Positions 32,097 to 43,682 of a stretch of 64,000 bases of DNA are shown one piece after another. Positions within the stretch are counted from its first letter, which is position 1, and each line of letters starts with the position of its first letter. The stretch covers positions 992,001 through 1,056,000 of the forward strand of contig OZ242186.1 in assembly GCA_965205675.1 (NCBI GenBank), written 5' to 3'. The notes beneath the pieces were generated by a model. That model had not been told where the DNA came from. It saw only the letters and a list, made by a program, of their open reading frames with translations, and did no database searches. This stretch comes from Nitrosopumilus sp. (GTDB lineage: Archaea > Thermoproteota > Nitrososphaeria > Nitrososphaerales > Nitrosopumilaceae). Position numbers and translations under genes: made by a program.

Positions 32097-32546
32097 TCAA
32101 AATTCTATATAGTCTAGTGCCGAAGCATCACTGATTAATCTTGTATGTTTTGAACCTACAACATATCCATTTTTAATATCTTCTACAGGGATCCATCGGT
32201 TTGTAGACGTATAGTGTCTTTTTTCAGCCATCTCTCTTTCTATGGCCTCTATGTCAAATTCAGCTTCTTCCACTTGTTGAGTAGTGAGATGTTTTACAGT
32301 TATCATTATTTTTGTAACTTTTACACGATCTCCGAATTTCCATTTAAGGACGGGATTCTCATCGGATACTTCAAGTACTTTGATCTTCATCTGTTTTTTG
32401 CCAAACGCATCATGACTGATGAGTATTCTCTCATCGGTAAATTCTTCAAAGCTGATTCGGGAATTCACTTCTGCATCTGAGACTGTTTCAAGTAACGATT
32501 CAGTAATTTTATCAGCTGATTCGTCATTAACCTTTTTTTCAGACAT
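32097..32546 (-). CDS. Hypothetical protein
   Basis: 149-aa ORF. Confidence 0.75.
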   Translation of the reverse strand: MSEKKVNDESADKITESLLETVSDAEVNSRISFEEFTDERILISHDAFGKKQMKIKVLEVSDENPVLKWKFGDRVKVTKIMITVKHLTTQQVEEAEFDIEAIEREMAEKRHYTSTNRWIPVEDIKNGYVVGSKHTRLISDASALDYIEF

Positions 32547-32700
32547 ATCCTTGCTTGCATCTTATCCTTAAAAAATGATTTGAGAACTATTTTGTATTAG
32601 GCACCAGTTTCCTGTTCATGGAATAATACAGAATATTCTGATCTAAAGCTTGGGTGATGAAATTAATTGGATCAACTAGTCATGTTGGGAAACACAGCAT

Positions 32701-32899
32701 AATATTTTGCCTGCATCATCCATTATTGCTACTTGAAGAAACTTCTTGTGCAGGTCAATACCCACAAACATGCCTTTCTTTGGTTTCTTCCTAATCTGTT
32801 TGTTTGTAATCTTTTTTGGAGAAGAGTATTTACGAACCTTGGAACTAGATTCATTTTTTATGCTATCTGATTTCCTTGCTTTCTTATTCACATATAGTT
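32701..32899 (-). mobile_element. Left-end fragment of IS110 element B type, inserted in an IS66 left end
   Basis: Near-identical to 5784-5970; junction GATCAGTG-AT-AACTATATGTGAAT. Confidence 0.85.
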
Positions 32900-32900
32900 A

Positions 32901-32966
32901 TCACTGATCAGAAAAGATATAGATAAAAAATATTAAAGAAAGTACTTCAAAACTCTAGACAGTTAC
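32901..32966 (-). mobile_element. IS66 left-end remnant
   Basis: Identical to 2475-2540 in reverse complement. Confidence 0.9.
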
Positions 32967-33019
32967 CAAAAATAATTATTTTCTAGAATGTGTAACTTGA
33001 GTTACTTTCCCATCTACTG
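32967..33019 (+). repeat. 53-bp repeat, also at 995-1047
   Basis: One mismatch; both copies abut an IS66 IR. Confidence 0.85.
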
Positions 33020-33189
33020 AATATCCAAATTGTAATTTTTTTATCTCTTAACATTATTTATTTTCAGTCAGATAATAATGAAGCTCTGTATAACAATCAA
33101 CACAATATTCCTCAAAATCAGTATGATCACAATCATATACTTTCTTTACGTCACTTTCACACTTTACACAAGTTGGCATGGTATGTTAA

Positions 33190-33597
33190 TTAGGATTTTG
33201 CGATTTTGGTGCCACCTAAAGCTAATTGGATTACTGCGGGAACAAACATCATCGCCATCGACGTTATTGGATCTTTATCTGAAGATTCTACGGTAGGACT
33301 GTTTACTAAAACCACAATTCCGCCAATAATGATTAAGATGCCTGAAATAATTATCAGAGCTCCTAATTTTTTTGAAGGTTCTTTTCTAGATATGAAAAAT
33401 GCAATTATTGGCAATATCAATGCAGGTCCGCCAAGACCCATGCCTCTCTGTATATGGTCAAGTGGTAAAAATCCATGATCTTCATTTAAAGACATTGCAA
33501 CTGCTACATCAGCAGCATAAAGTACCAGCAATCCTATTGAAATTCCTGCAAGTATTAGTGAAACAGTTAATGCCATACAGTATTTTTTCCTCCACAA
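33190..33597 (-). CDS. Four-TM membrane protein
   Basis: Four hydrophobic segments; follows purK. Confidence 0.75.
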   Translation of the reverse strand: MWRKKYCMALTVSLILAGISIGLLVLYAADVAVAMSLNEDHGFLPLDHIQRGMGLGGPALILPIIAFFISRKEPSKKLGALIIISGILIIIGGIVVLVNSPTVESSDKDPITSMAMMFVPAVIQLALGGTKIAKS

Positions 33598-33610
33598 TTA
33601 ATAAACCTAG

Positions 33611-34753
33611 TCAGATAGATTGCACTATTGCCTTGTCTTTGAGGGTGTCAAGTTTTTTGATCAACTGATCAATTGATTCATCATTATTTCCAACTAAATT
33701 GAAATGGCCTAGTTTCCTTAGTGGTTTTGAAATTTTCTTACCATACATTTTCAAAAATAAATTATCTTCTGAGATTTCAAGAGGTTTGTATTCGCCTTGA
33801 AATTCTTTTGAACCAAGTATATTGTACATGATTGTGTTATGGATTAGTTTAGTACTTCCCAACTCTAATCCCAAAATTGCTCTTAGATGTTGTTCAAACT
33901 GAGACGTTTCACTTGATTGCAAGGAATGGTGCCCAGAATTATGGACTCGTGGTGCTATCTCATTAATTACTATGGAATCATCTTGTGTAACAAACATTTC
34001 TATTCCAAATGTACCTGCTCCCTTTAGAACCGTCATTGTTTTTTTAGCAATAATTTCTGCTTTTTTGGCCACTTTTTCTGAAACTCTTGCAGGAGCTATT
34101 GTTTCACGAAGAATATTCTCCTCATGAATATTTTCTACTAGAGGATATGTTTTGATCTGACCCCCAGTATTTCTTGATGCAATTACTGAAACCTCCATAT
34201 CAAATGGTACAAATTTTTCTAAAAGAAGGGATTGTCCTTTAAAATAATCGTATGCTTTTTGAATTTCGTCCTCAGAATTTATTTTATAATTTCCTCTTCC
34301 ATCATATGCATCTTTACGTGCTTTTAGCATTGCAGGAATACCGAACTGTTTCAAGCCTTTTTTTACATCTTCTACGTTCTCTATTTTTATAAATTTTGGA
34401 ATTGGAATACTATTTTCATCTAAAAATGATTTTTGTAAAAATTTATCTTGAATAATTTTTAATGTGTCTGGTGATGGATTGATTTCGGCTTTATCTTCCA
34501 CTGATTTTAAAACATCACTATCTCCAGATTCAATTTCGTAGGTGATAATGTCGGATTTGTTTGCCAAATCAATTATGGCATGTTTATCTTTAAAATCCGC
34601 AACAATCTGTGTAGCTCCCACCTGAGATGCAGGACAATTTTCTGTAGGGTCTAAGACGATAATTTCAGATATTTCATCAGGTATTTTTTTAGCAGCTTCT
34701 GCAATCATCATGCCCAATTGTCCCCCTCCAATAATTCCCAGAATCCTTCCCAT
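33611..34753 (-). CDS. purK: N5-carboxyaminoimidazole ribonucleotide synthase
   Basis: GGGQLGMM, YDGRGN, NEIAPRVHNSGH, RKLGH. Confidence 0.97.
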   Translation of the reverse strand: MGRILGIIGGGQLGMMIAEAAKKIPDEISEIIVLDPTENCPASQVGATQIVADFKDKHAIIDLANKSDIITYEIESGDSDVLKSVEDKAEINPSPDTLKIIQDKFLQKSFLDENSIPIPKFIKIENVEDVKKGLKQFGIPAMLKARKDAYDGRGNYKINSEDEIQKAYDYFKGQSLLLEKFVPFDMEVSVIASRNTGGQIKTYPLVENIHEENILRETIAPARVSEKVAKKAEIIAKKTMTVLKGAGTFGIEMFVTQDDSIVINEIAPRVHNSGHHSLQSSETSQFEQHLRAILGLELGSTKLIHNTIMYNILGSKEFQGEYKPLEISEDNLFLKMYGKKISKPLRKLGHFNLVGNNDESIDQLIKKLDTLKDKAIVQSI

Positions 34754-34860
34754 TAGCGAATCGTGTGTTTTTGGATTAAAAATATCTAATGTTACTCTGA
34801 ATAACTTATACCTTCTTTTGTAATAGAATTGTTAATTACTCTCTAGTTTTTTCTATTATT

Positions 34861-35436
34861 ATGGCATATGCTAAAAAACCTCTAGTTGGAATCATTATGG
34901 GATCAAGTTCAGATAGTAGAATTATGCAAGGGGCGGCTGAAATTTTAGATGAATATAAAATCAAACATGAAGATCAGATAGTATCTGCTCACAGAACTCC
35001 TGCAAGATTAGTAGAATATGCAAAACATGCTGAGAAGATGGGATTTAAAATCATAATAGCTGGTGCAGGCGGTGCTGCACATCTGCCTGGTATGATTGCA
35101 TCACATACAACAATCCCTGTAATTGGAGTGCCGATACTAGTATACAATGACAAACATCCAAAAAAGTCCCACACTACAAAATTTTCGGCATTTGGGGGGT
35201 TGGATTCGTTATTATCCATCACCGAAATGCCTTCTGGTTCTCCTGTTGTGGCAGTTGGTGTAAACAAAGCTGAAAATGCAGGAATTTATGCAATAAAGAT
35301 TCTTGCTAGTGAATTTCCAGATTTGAAAGAGGTGCTAAGACAACACAAATCAAGCCAATACAACTCTGTTATGAAAGAATCCGATCAACTCAAAAAAGAA
35401 GGTCTTGCAAAATTTGCCAAAAAAAAATTCAAATAA
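34861..35436 (+). CDS. purE: N5-CAIR mutase
   Basis: IMGSSSD, SAHRTP, AGGAAHLPGM. Confidence 0.97.
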   Translation: MAYAKKPLVGIIMGSSSDSRIMQGAAEILDEYKIKHEDQIVSAHRTPARLVEYAKHAEKMGFKIIIAGAGGAAHLPGMIASHTTIPVIGVPILVYNDKHPKKSHTTKFSAFGGLDSLLSITEMPSGSPVVAVGVNKAENAGIYAIKILASEFPDLKEVLRQHKSSQYNSVMKESDQLKKEGLAKFAKKKFK

Positions 35437-35437
35437 T

Positions 35438-36649
35438 TTATGTTAATAATGTAAATTGAATGTTTTTCTTCTTTAATGAACTGATGAGTAACTCTGTTTG
35501 TTCTTTTCCTTGGGTTTCAAGACTTAGAGTGACTTTTGCAAAACCTGCATTAATTTCAGAACTCAATCTATCATGTACTACTTCTACGATATTTGCATTA
35601 GCTAGCGTTATTTCATCAACAATCTCTTTAAAAGTTCCCGGTCTGTCTGGCAATAGAATCAATAATTTTAATAATCTTCCCATTGCTGCAAGACCTTTGT
35701 CTACTATTTGTCCTAATAGATACATGTCTACATTGCCTCCTGCTAAAACGGCTACTACTTTTTTCCTAGGTGAGGGTTTTTTTGAAATCAAATAAGCTAA
35801 ACTTGATGCACCTGCAGGCTCTACGACAAATTTCATTCTCTCCATTAGTAAAAACACTGCTTTTGTAATTTCTGCATCATCGACTAAAACTATATCATCT
35901 ATCAACTCTTTAATTATTTCAAATGTTAATTTTCCTGGAACTTTGACTGAAATACCATCGGCTATAGTGTGTCCTCCTCCGCCACTTGTAATGATGTGCT
36001 CTTGTTTTATTGAATCATGCATGGATGGAAATGATTTTGATTGAACTCCTATGACTTTGATTTTGGGGTTTTTTTCTTTAATTGCAATTAATGTTCCAGC
36101 TGCTAAACCTCCCCCTCCTATTGGAAGATAAATTTCATCCACATCTGGCAAATCCTCTAATATTTCTAATCCTATGACTCCTTGTGCCGCAATTATTTGT
36201 GGATCATCAAATGCATGAATCATGATAGCTCCAGTACTTTGGGCAATCTCTTTAGCTTTGGCAGATGATTCATCATAATTGATGCCTTCCAAAACTACTT
36301 TTGCACCATAGCCTCGTGTAGCTGCAACCTTTGCAGGTGATGCATTTTTTGGCATAACAATAGTGCATGGTATTTTTTCTAAAGAGGATGCAAATGCAAC
36401 CCCTTGTGCATGATTGCCTGCAGATGCTGCAACTACGCCATGTTTTTTTCCTTCATCTGATAATGTTTTTATTTTAAAATATGCTCCTCTGATTTTAAAT
36501 GATCCTGTCTTTTGTCGAAATTCAGCTTTGAGGTAAACCTGAGATCCTGTCAAATCACTAAATGTGGGCGAATGTATCAGAGGTGTCTTTTTAATTTCAT
36601 CCCCTCTTGATGCGTTTGCTTTTTCTATTTCAGCATATGTCGGATTCAT
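35438..36649 (-). CDS. ilvA: Threonine ammonia-lyase with C-terminal ACT domain
   Basis: TGSFKIRGA, SAGNHAQG, GGGGL, LPDRPG. Confidence 0.93.
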   Translation of the reverse strand: MNPTYAEIEKANASRGDEIKKTPLIHSPTFSDLTGSQVYLKAEFRQKTGSFKIRGAYFKIKTLSDEGKKHGVVAASAGNHAQGVAFASSLEKIPCTIVMPKNASPAKVAATRGYGAKVVLEGINYDESSAKAKEIAQSTGAIMIHAFDDPQIIAAQGVIGLEILEDLPDVDEIYLPIGGGGLAAGTLIAIKEKNPKIKVIGVQSKSFPSMHDSIKQEHIITSGGGGHTIADGISVKVPGKLTFEIIKELIDDIVLVDDAEITKAVFLLMERMKFVVEPAGASSLAYLISKKPSPRKKVVAVLAGGNVDMYLLGQIVDKGLAAMGRLLKLLILLPDRPGTFKEIVDEITLANANIVEVVHDRLSSEINAGFAKVTLSLETQGKEQTELLISSLKKKNIQFTLLT

Positions 36650-36712
36650 TGGAAATGATGCTATTAGTTTAGTGTATTTTACTGCTTCGACAGAAAAGTT
36701 GTATCTCTAGTC

Positions 36713-36732
36713 AAATTTCATGCATGAAATTT
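36713..36732. promoter_or_regulatory. Perfect 20-bp palindrome upstream of ilvA
   Basis: AAATTTCATGCATGAAATTT. Confidence 0.4.
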
Positions 36733-36830
36733 AAAGAATACCCAAATAGTAAAAAATTCTTGTTCAATGTGTGTTTAGAAGGCTGTCTCTTCCTTTTGAG
36801 ACGTTGTCTCATTTTCCAACTCCTTAGGTT

Positions 36831-37673
36831 TTATTCTATTGTGATAATTGTTTCAAGTTTTGATAGTTGTTTTAAAATATTTTCTTTAACTTGATCAGAC
36901 ATTTTTCTAGGATCAAATACGCCTTCACGATTATTATTTTTAATAAATTCTAAATCCAATGTAAGCAAACATCCTTCTTCACCCCCAACTATTTTTGGGT
37001 CATCAATTAGTACAGATGATGTTTGATATGTTTCAACTAAAAGTGAATCTAACTCTGAAAATAATTTGGTCTTTTTTTCAGACAACTCTTGAAAGTCTAC
37101 TCCTGTATCTTTTTGAATTTCTGTAAATATCTTTTCTCTAAATTCATCATTTTCATAAAACACTTCAAATAATTTCTGATGATCAAAATCTTTGTATCCC
37201 ATATCTTTTAATTTTTTTAAAACAATTTGATCACTATTATCAGAAAGCTGTTCTTGTTTACTTTTAGTTACGTCCACTACTTTTGCTAATTCTTTTTGAC
37301 AATCAATTACTCTTTGATCAGGTTTGTAATATAACAAAACATGAAATTGTAAAGACAGATGACCGGATATCCGATAGTTTCCTTCTTGAATTTCAAATTT
37401 TGTAAAAATTCTTCTAATGTCCTGATTGTTTGTAATAGACACTTTGTGTGTGGACCATTCTTTTAGTGCGCCATTAATTTTTTGAAAATAATCTAAAACT
37501 TGTTTTGGATCAAATGTTTTTTGTTCTGTAATTGTGGAATCACCCATCATTACTTTAACATCGATCATTTGTGTTAAATCAGTCATTTTTGAAAGATATG
37601 TTTTTTGAATTAACTGATTTTTTTCATTTAAAATCTGAATAAAATCATTAGATGATCTGGACCCTAATCTCAC
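36831..37673 (-). CDS. Hypothetical protein
   Basis: 280-aa ORF. Confidence 0.8.
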   Translation of the reverse strand: MRLGSRSSNDFIQILNEKNQLIQKTYLSKMTDLTQMIDVKVMMGDSTITEQKTFDPKQVLDYFQKINGALKEWSTHKVSITNNQDIRRIFTKFEIQEGNYRISGHLSLQFHVLLYYKPDQRVIDCQKELAKVVDVTKSKQEQLSDNSDQIVLKKLKDMGYKDFDHQKLFEVFYENDEFREKIFTEIQKDTGVDFQELSEKKTKLFSELDSLLVETYQTSSVLIDDPKIVGGEEGCLLTLDLEFIKNNNREGVFDPRKMSDQVKENILKQLSKLETIITIE

Positions 37674-37731
37674 AGGAAATATTTAACAAATCCTCTCCTT
37701 AAACCTTCATCCTTAAATCCGCATAGTCCAT

Positions 37732-37869
37732 ATGAGCATCATAGGCATGAACTCTTTTACCATAATATGTGAACATTGTAATACAAATATTTCAGAATAT
37801 TATCATAAAGGTTACAAGGGGAGACGAGGCAAATGCCCTAAATGTGGAGTAGATTTTCCCTTAGAATGA
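37732..37869 (+). CDS. Small Zn-ribbon protein upstream of the cyclase
   Basis: CEHC...CPKCG; ends 10 nt before the cyclase ATG. Confidence 0.65.
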   Translation: MSIIGMNSFTIICEHCNTNISEYYHKGYKGRRGKCPKCGVDFPLE

Positions 37870-37879
37870 GGTAATTTAG

Positions 37880-38683
37880 ATGAGTGAAAAAGATACTAAA
37901 ACAAATCAGGATTCAGAAAATACAGATCACACTAACAATGTAGTGGATATGCTGCTAAGTAGAAACCAACAAAAGACATTAGATTCTGAGACCATGATTT
38001 TAGAAACCCAAAAACGTGTTTGGGGCGCATTGAAAAAGGGTTATCAATATTCCGGAGTGATTGATGATTCAGATAAATTTTTGCGAAAAAATGTTTTTTT
38101 AAAATTAGACATGGTTGTATTGTATGTAGATTTAGTGGGTTCTACTACTATGACATTAGAAATGCCTGAAGAAAAAATTGCAATAATTGTAAGTTCATTT
38201 TCACAAGAAATGGCATCCGTGATTAGACAACATCATGGGTATGTACTCAAATTTGTAGGAGATGCTGTAATTGGTTATTTTATTGCAGAAGGGAACGGAT
38301 TACTTGCAGTAGACAATGCAGTTAATTGTGCAAAATCTATGATTTCCATAATCCAAAAAGGTATCAATCCAATTCTTAACCAATACGACTATCCAGATTT
38401 GATGGTAAAAATTGGTGTTGATTTTGGACAAAATATTGTAGTAAGATATGGTGCAGATGTTGAAAATTCTCATGTAGATTTAATGGGACCTGCAATGAAT
38501 ATTGCATCAAAAATTCAAAACATGGCAAAGCCTGATCAAATTTTAATTGGCAACGATGTATTCCAAAGATTACACCCAAGTTCTCAAAAAGACTTTACAC
38601 AAATAGTGTGGAAAAACGGCGAATGGAAATATCGTTCTAGAGCAACGGGTGAAATTTACAATGTGTTTGAATACAAGGAATAA
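37880..38683 (+). CDS. Class III adenylate/guanylate cyclase
   Basis: LYVDLVGST, KFVGDA, IGVDFG, GPAMNIASK. Confidence 0.92.
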   Translation: MSEKDTKTNQDSENTDHTNNVVDMLLSRNQQKTLDSETMILETQKRVWGALKKGYQYSGVIDDSDKFLRKNVFLKLDMVVLYVDLVGSTTMTLEMPEEKIAIIVSSFSQEMASVIRQHHGYVLKFVGDAVIGYFIAEGNGLLAVDNAVNCAKSMISIIQKGINPILNQYDYPDLMVKIGVDFGQNIVVRYGADVENSHVDLMGPAMNIASKIQNMAKPDQILIGNDVFQRLHPSSQKDFTQIVWKNGEWKYRSRATGEIYNVFEYKE

Positions 38684-38697
38684 ATTTTATTTTAAGA

Positions 38698-38850
38698 CTA
38701 TACTGTAAAATTATCTGGGCATTCTACATGTTCATAATGATGTTCTGTGAATTTTTCTTGAACAACATAAATTACAATTTTGTGAAGATCCTTTTCTTGA
38801 ATGTCTTTTTTACATTTCAGACATGACTTTTTCAATTGTTCCATGTGCAT
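38698..38850 (-). CDS. 50-aa Zn-finger-like protein
   Basis: SCLKC...HVEC. Confidence 0.55.
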   Translation of the reverse strand: MHMEQLKKSCLKCKKDIQEKDLHKIVIYVVQEKFTEHHYEHVECPDNFTV

Positions 38851-39233
38851 CAACGATCAAAATTACGAATCTATAAGGATCTGCGATCAACTCAAATTGA
38901 GCTATAATGCCTCAAATTTAACTAAAGAGTATATCAAATGACTGGTTTTACTGCACTAAGATCTAGAGTTCTTTTATTTCTGGTTCAAACCCCTCCCTTC
39001 ATGACCAAACAACCAAAGGTAAGATGCATTGTGGGGATTTTTCTTCAGGTTTAACTATCGGATCCTCAACAGGTGGTTTTCTAAGAGGTACTGTTGGTAG
39101 TTGTAATATCAGATTGCAGCAGATCTTTTACAATCTTTAATTTCACTATTACAATAAATTCTAAATTCATTTGTTCATTATGTATTTCTGCTTGAAATTA
39201 CAGTAGCAATCAAGTATTATTTTAGAATACAAT

Positions 39234-40309
39234 AGACCTCTTGCGTAATTACAAACAAAATCTTATCTTTCATTGAATTTAATTTCAAATAATTTCTAAT
39301 CTTATGGAATCACAACAAACTCTTGCTTCCATCTTGTCTTGAAATTTACAATTCCACATACGATGTCACTTATTGCATCATATCTGCACAATCTATTCCT
39401 AAATGTCTCAGAATTAATCCTAAACTTTTTGATTTGAGAGATAATATGTTCTACTTTTATTCGGATTCTTGACTGCATCTTGTTCCATTCCTTTTGATGT
39501 ATGGTCAGTTTTTTTCCTTTCTTTTTCTTGTATGGCAGAATGCTTGTCTGTTCTGGAAAATCTTTTTCCACTCCCAAATACCCAAGGTCATAAAATATCA
39601 TCACATCTTCGGGCAGTTCTGGATGTCTGATTTTCAGTATGGCATAATCATGTTTTTTACCTGGAGAATGTGGGGGTTTGTGGATTATCTCACCTTTCTG
39701 GTTTATGGTGATTTGGTTTTTTATTGTGTGTTTTTTTGCCTGAATAGTGAGTCTTTCTTTTCTTTTTGTTCTGGGGTCTTGGGATTTGCTGCTCTGTCCC
39801 ATCAGTCATTGCAATTAATTCAGGAAAGAACAGTTGGAGTTGCTGTACATCATTTATCTTTTTAGAATCAGAGTATAGTTTTGCAGGAATAGGAACTGTT
39901 TTTCTTACTGCAGGCTCTAAATATCTGATGTTTCTGTAGACGTTGCTCTGGTCTAATCCAAACAGATATCCTGTCAATTCACATGTCAGGTACATCCGAT
40001 AGTAAACAAACAACATTACAAGCTGGTCTTCAAGACTCAAATCAAACTTTCGCCCAGCTCCGATACTTCTTTTTCTCTTTGCTTTGGATAGTCTCTTCTT
40101 TTCTTCTATACGGTGATTCTTTCTGACATCCTTTAGAATCACATCAAACTGTTGCCTAGTCACTCCAGTAAAAGAGAGAAGGGATTTTGGCTTTTTTGAG
40201 AGTTGCTTGTATGTTAACATGAAATGTGTTAAGTTGTTCTTAGCTTTGGATCTTGCTGTGAAGGAATTTGTGTAATATGGTAAAATATGTCTAATTACGC
40301 AAGAGGTCT
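39234..40309 (-). mobile_element. IS5-family (ISL2-like) element, full length, transposase frameshifted near 39733
   Basis: Both IRs AGACCTCTTGCGTAATTA; A-run shortened relative to the copy at 22726; flanks AAT/ACT do not match. Confidence 0.92.
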
Positions 40310-40358
40310 ACTAATCTAGGGCATTAAGGTATGTAAAAGATCTGAACAAAGAACAATG

Positions 40359-41748
40359 GTAACTGTCTAGAGTTTTGAAGTACTTTCTTTAATATTTTTT
40401 ATCTATATCTTTTCTGATCAGTGACAAATTACAATATACAATTGTCAGTATATGATGAGCTGGAATATTATCGTAACAGATGTCGCTCGCTGGAGCAAGA
40501 AAACCGTCAGTTACACAGAGAAATTGCAGAACTAAAACAAACAGTGTCTACACTTGTTGCAAGAAATATCAAAGCAAAACCAAACAAGACTGAAACTGCA
40601 AAAAAGAAGAAAACATCAAGACATCCTAGAAAAAGCAGAAGCAGACGGGCACACATTGATGATGCCATTACAGTTGACCAAAAAGAGTGCAACACATGTG
40701 GCAAATCACTCTCAGAACCAACTGATTCATACACCAGAATAGTAGAAGACATCATTCCTGCAAAAGCAGTTGTGACAAAATATACGATAGTTAGACGATA
40801 CTGCACAAACTGCAAAAAACAAATCTCGGGTAACATTCACACTGTACTGTCAAATGAAAGGTTTGGAATTAGGCTCATGGTGCTAATCACATCACTAAAA
40901 ACTATCGGATTATCGTATGGTAAAATATCTCATCTTTTGCAGATGCTCTTCTCACTGCACATTACAGAATCTGCAATTAATCATGCAGTATCAATAGTAT
41001 CAAAAGCATTTGGGAGCAGATATGATACAATGATTGTGGAGTTAAAAGAAGATCTAAACATACATGGTGATGAGACAAGTTGGAGGGTAGATGGCCAGAA
41101 CCACTGGTTGTGGGCATTTGTGAGTAAATGGACTGTAATTTACGAGATTGACAAATCACGTTCAATGGATGTTCCCAAGAGAATTCTCAAGGGATATGAT
41201 GGCAACATTACAAGTGATTCGTACCCTGCATGGAACCATGTTGGAAGCACTCACCAGAAATGTCACATCCATTATCTCAGAGAGGTTAATGATACCATTA
41301 ATCACAAGAATCCCGGACCAGAATTTGCACCATTTGCCAAGAATCTCAAGAAAATAATTTATGACTCTCATGGTGTGGCAAAAATAAAATCAGAATCAGA
41401 AAGAATCCATGCAAAAAAGAATCTTGAAAGGAGAATTAATCACATCATATCAAAAAAATACACAGAGAAAAACTGTATCAGGTTTGTAAAAAGATTGAAA
41501 CGTGAGAGAAAAATGCTTTTTACATTCCTAATTACTGGAACTGATTCACACAATAACACAGCAGAGAGGGCAATCAGACCAAATGTGATAATTCGTAAAA
41601 TTACAAACGGTCATAGAACCATTCATGGTGCTGATTCTCATAAGATACTGATGAGTATAAAGGAGACATGCAGATTACGAGGATTAAACTTTCATGATTA
41701 TTCTTTAGAATATCTTGGAGATTTTACTTCAAAACTCTAGACAGTTAC
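40359..41748 (+). mobile_element. IS66-family element copy 4 (CDS 40421-41740), no target duplication
   Basis: IRs intact; flanks GAACAATG and GTTTTCTT differ. Confidence 0.95.
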
Positions 41749-42079
41749 GTTTTCTTCCTTTTGGAGTAATTGTGAATTTAGTGGTAGCATTTCCAGATTG
41801 AGTATGCTGTTCTTGCATTGTTAGAAAATTATCATCTGCGAGGGAGCGGATAAATGTATCAAATCTATCCCAATATGGCCCATAATGATGAGATTTCCAA
41901 TCAATCTCCAATTCATTTTTTGGAAAAATGTTAGTCTGAGATACTAAAAAGAGATATTTTACAAATCTAGTAAATCCGATAATTCCATTTTGAACTCCAA
42001 GTATGAGCATAACAACATCTTTGGGATTCACATTTCCCTCATATGCGTGTAGAGCCATACAGAATATTGTCTTTTTCAA
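41749..42079 (-). pseudogene. Winged-helix YwgA/Panacea (DUF4065)-like protein, truncated by IS66
   Basis: GFTRFVKYLFL...HHYGPY...ITPKG pattern. Confidence 0.5.
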
Positions 42080-42228
42080 AATTAAAAGATATCTATTACA
42101 GAATTATTGATTCCAGACCAAATACTCATAATTTGAAATCCAAAATATTCAGAGTTATCCTATAGTAAAATTTACGATCATTTCGTTGAGTAATTATGAA
42201 GAAAAATGCAACAGGCATATCCATAAGC

Positions 42229-43345
42229 TATAGCGACGATCAAAAGTTCGTGAACATTTTTGCAGGATTTCTAAAGATATAATTTGCAACATCAAGCTTG
42301 AATCTTGTTACTCTAAAATATTTTGACACTGCATCATTCATCGTAAACATTGCATAATAGACGTCTTGCGTAATTATTTCTAGGCGTGAATTTTGCTGCA
42401 GGATTTTTCAAATTGGTTGAGTAATTATTTCTAGGCGTGAATTTTGCTGCAGGATTTTTCAAATTGGTTGAGAAATTTGAATTTTCAGGTATGAATTCTG
42501 TTAAAATACAAAATTTGAGAAAAAATCTCTATAATTACGCAAGAGGTCTAATATTCTGAAACCAACAACGCATACTTGTTTATCTTCCAGCATTGTTCTA
42601 TTATGTTCAAGTACGGTGATCCTTTTGACAACCATATTGGTTTGATATCTCTATTGTTTGCAAGATATTCTTTCACTTTTTTTGATTTGTGAACTGATGC
42701 TCAGTATAGCATGATTGCAATCTTGCCATATTTCCAGTGTAACTCTTTTAGATATTCTACAAATGTTACAGCATTGAATTTATCATGTACTCTAAACAGT
42801 TGACTGTTATTTTCCGTAATTGTTCCATATACTGTCAAACTTTCATGATTCCCCGTAGCTTTTCACAGCAGATACGCTTGCATGATTGATATGATATTTT
42901 TGTGCAGTTTTTGCAGATATCATACTAGTGCATTACCTTTCGGATGTAAGTGATGTGAAATTTTACTCCAGTGGAATAAAAGATACTTTGTTGTAACATC
43001 ACAGGTGTAAACAAAGTTAGCATTGCCTTTGACATTATACAATCCATTTTCTTCTTTGGAATTGTTCTTGGTCTTCCCCTCCTTGGGTGGTCGTAGAGGC
43101 CATCAATTTCAAAACGACTCACCCATTTTCGTACCCAGTTTGTGCAGTGTCTTTGCAGTGTGTTCTATTTCCTTACCATCTTTTAGAATCATCAGAGACT
43201 GCCAAGCATTCTTACTGCAATTTTTGAATTTTTTGATGCTGCTTTCAAGGGATTCTAACTTGTTCATGTATTTTGTTGGGTTAACTGATCAAAAAGTTTT
43301 TTGTTTTGGAATTATTTAGTTTGCGAACTTTGTCTTTTCACTATA
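42229..43345 (-). mobile_element. Degenerate IS630 type A element carrying a MITE
   Basis: Ends TATAGCGACGATC and TATAGTGAAAAGAC; fragments GLYDHPRRGRP and GSPYLNIIE. Confidence 0.85.
42359..42549. mobile_element. Second ISL2-type MITE with a 51-bp internal tandem duplication
   Basis: Same as 15886-16025; AAT duplicated; empty site visible at 26718-26732. Confidence 0.92.
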
Positions 43346-43504
43346 CTAGACGGATGAGGATTCCATGACAATGTTTGCAGAAATTGGAATTTTTGTAAAG
43401 TATGATTTGTTCATCAAGGTTAAATAGAAATTTTCTCAAATGACTATTATGAATGATACAAACTATACCGAAATTACAGGATTGAGTTTTCTATTTTTTG
43501 AGGA

Positions 43505-43678
43505 CTAGTAGAATTTAGAATCCCAGCATTGCTTGTGATATGCCACATAGTATTTTTTTGTAGATGTGGTATGCACAATGTCATTTAGCTTGAAATGTTT
43601 TTTACATTTATCACAGGAAAGATATGCATATCTTGTTTCCAATGAAGGATTGTTAATTATTACATCTCTGTGAGTCAT
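43505..43678 (-). CDS. 57-aa Zn-finger protein (tandem paralog 2)
   Basis: CDKC...YHKQCWDS; start moved to MTHRD. Confidence 0.65.
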   Translation of the reverse strand: MTHRDVIINNPSLETRYAYLSCDKCKKHFKLNDIVHTTSTKKYYVAYHKQCWDSKFY

Positions 43679-43682
43679 AGTG

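Noticed and set aside
38930-39120. Pro-rich minus-strand reading frame
   Set aside because: Interrupted by stops and not assignable to any family
42370-42471. 51-bp tandem repeat as a mini-CRISPR
   Set aside because: No spacer; it is a duplication inside a MITE
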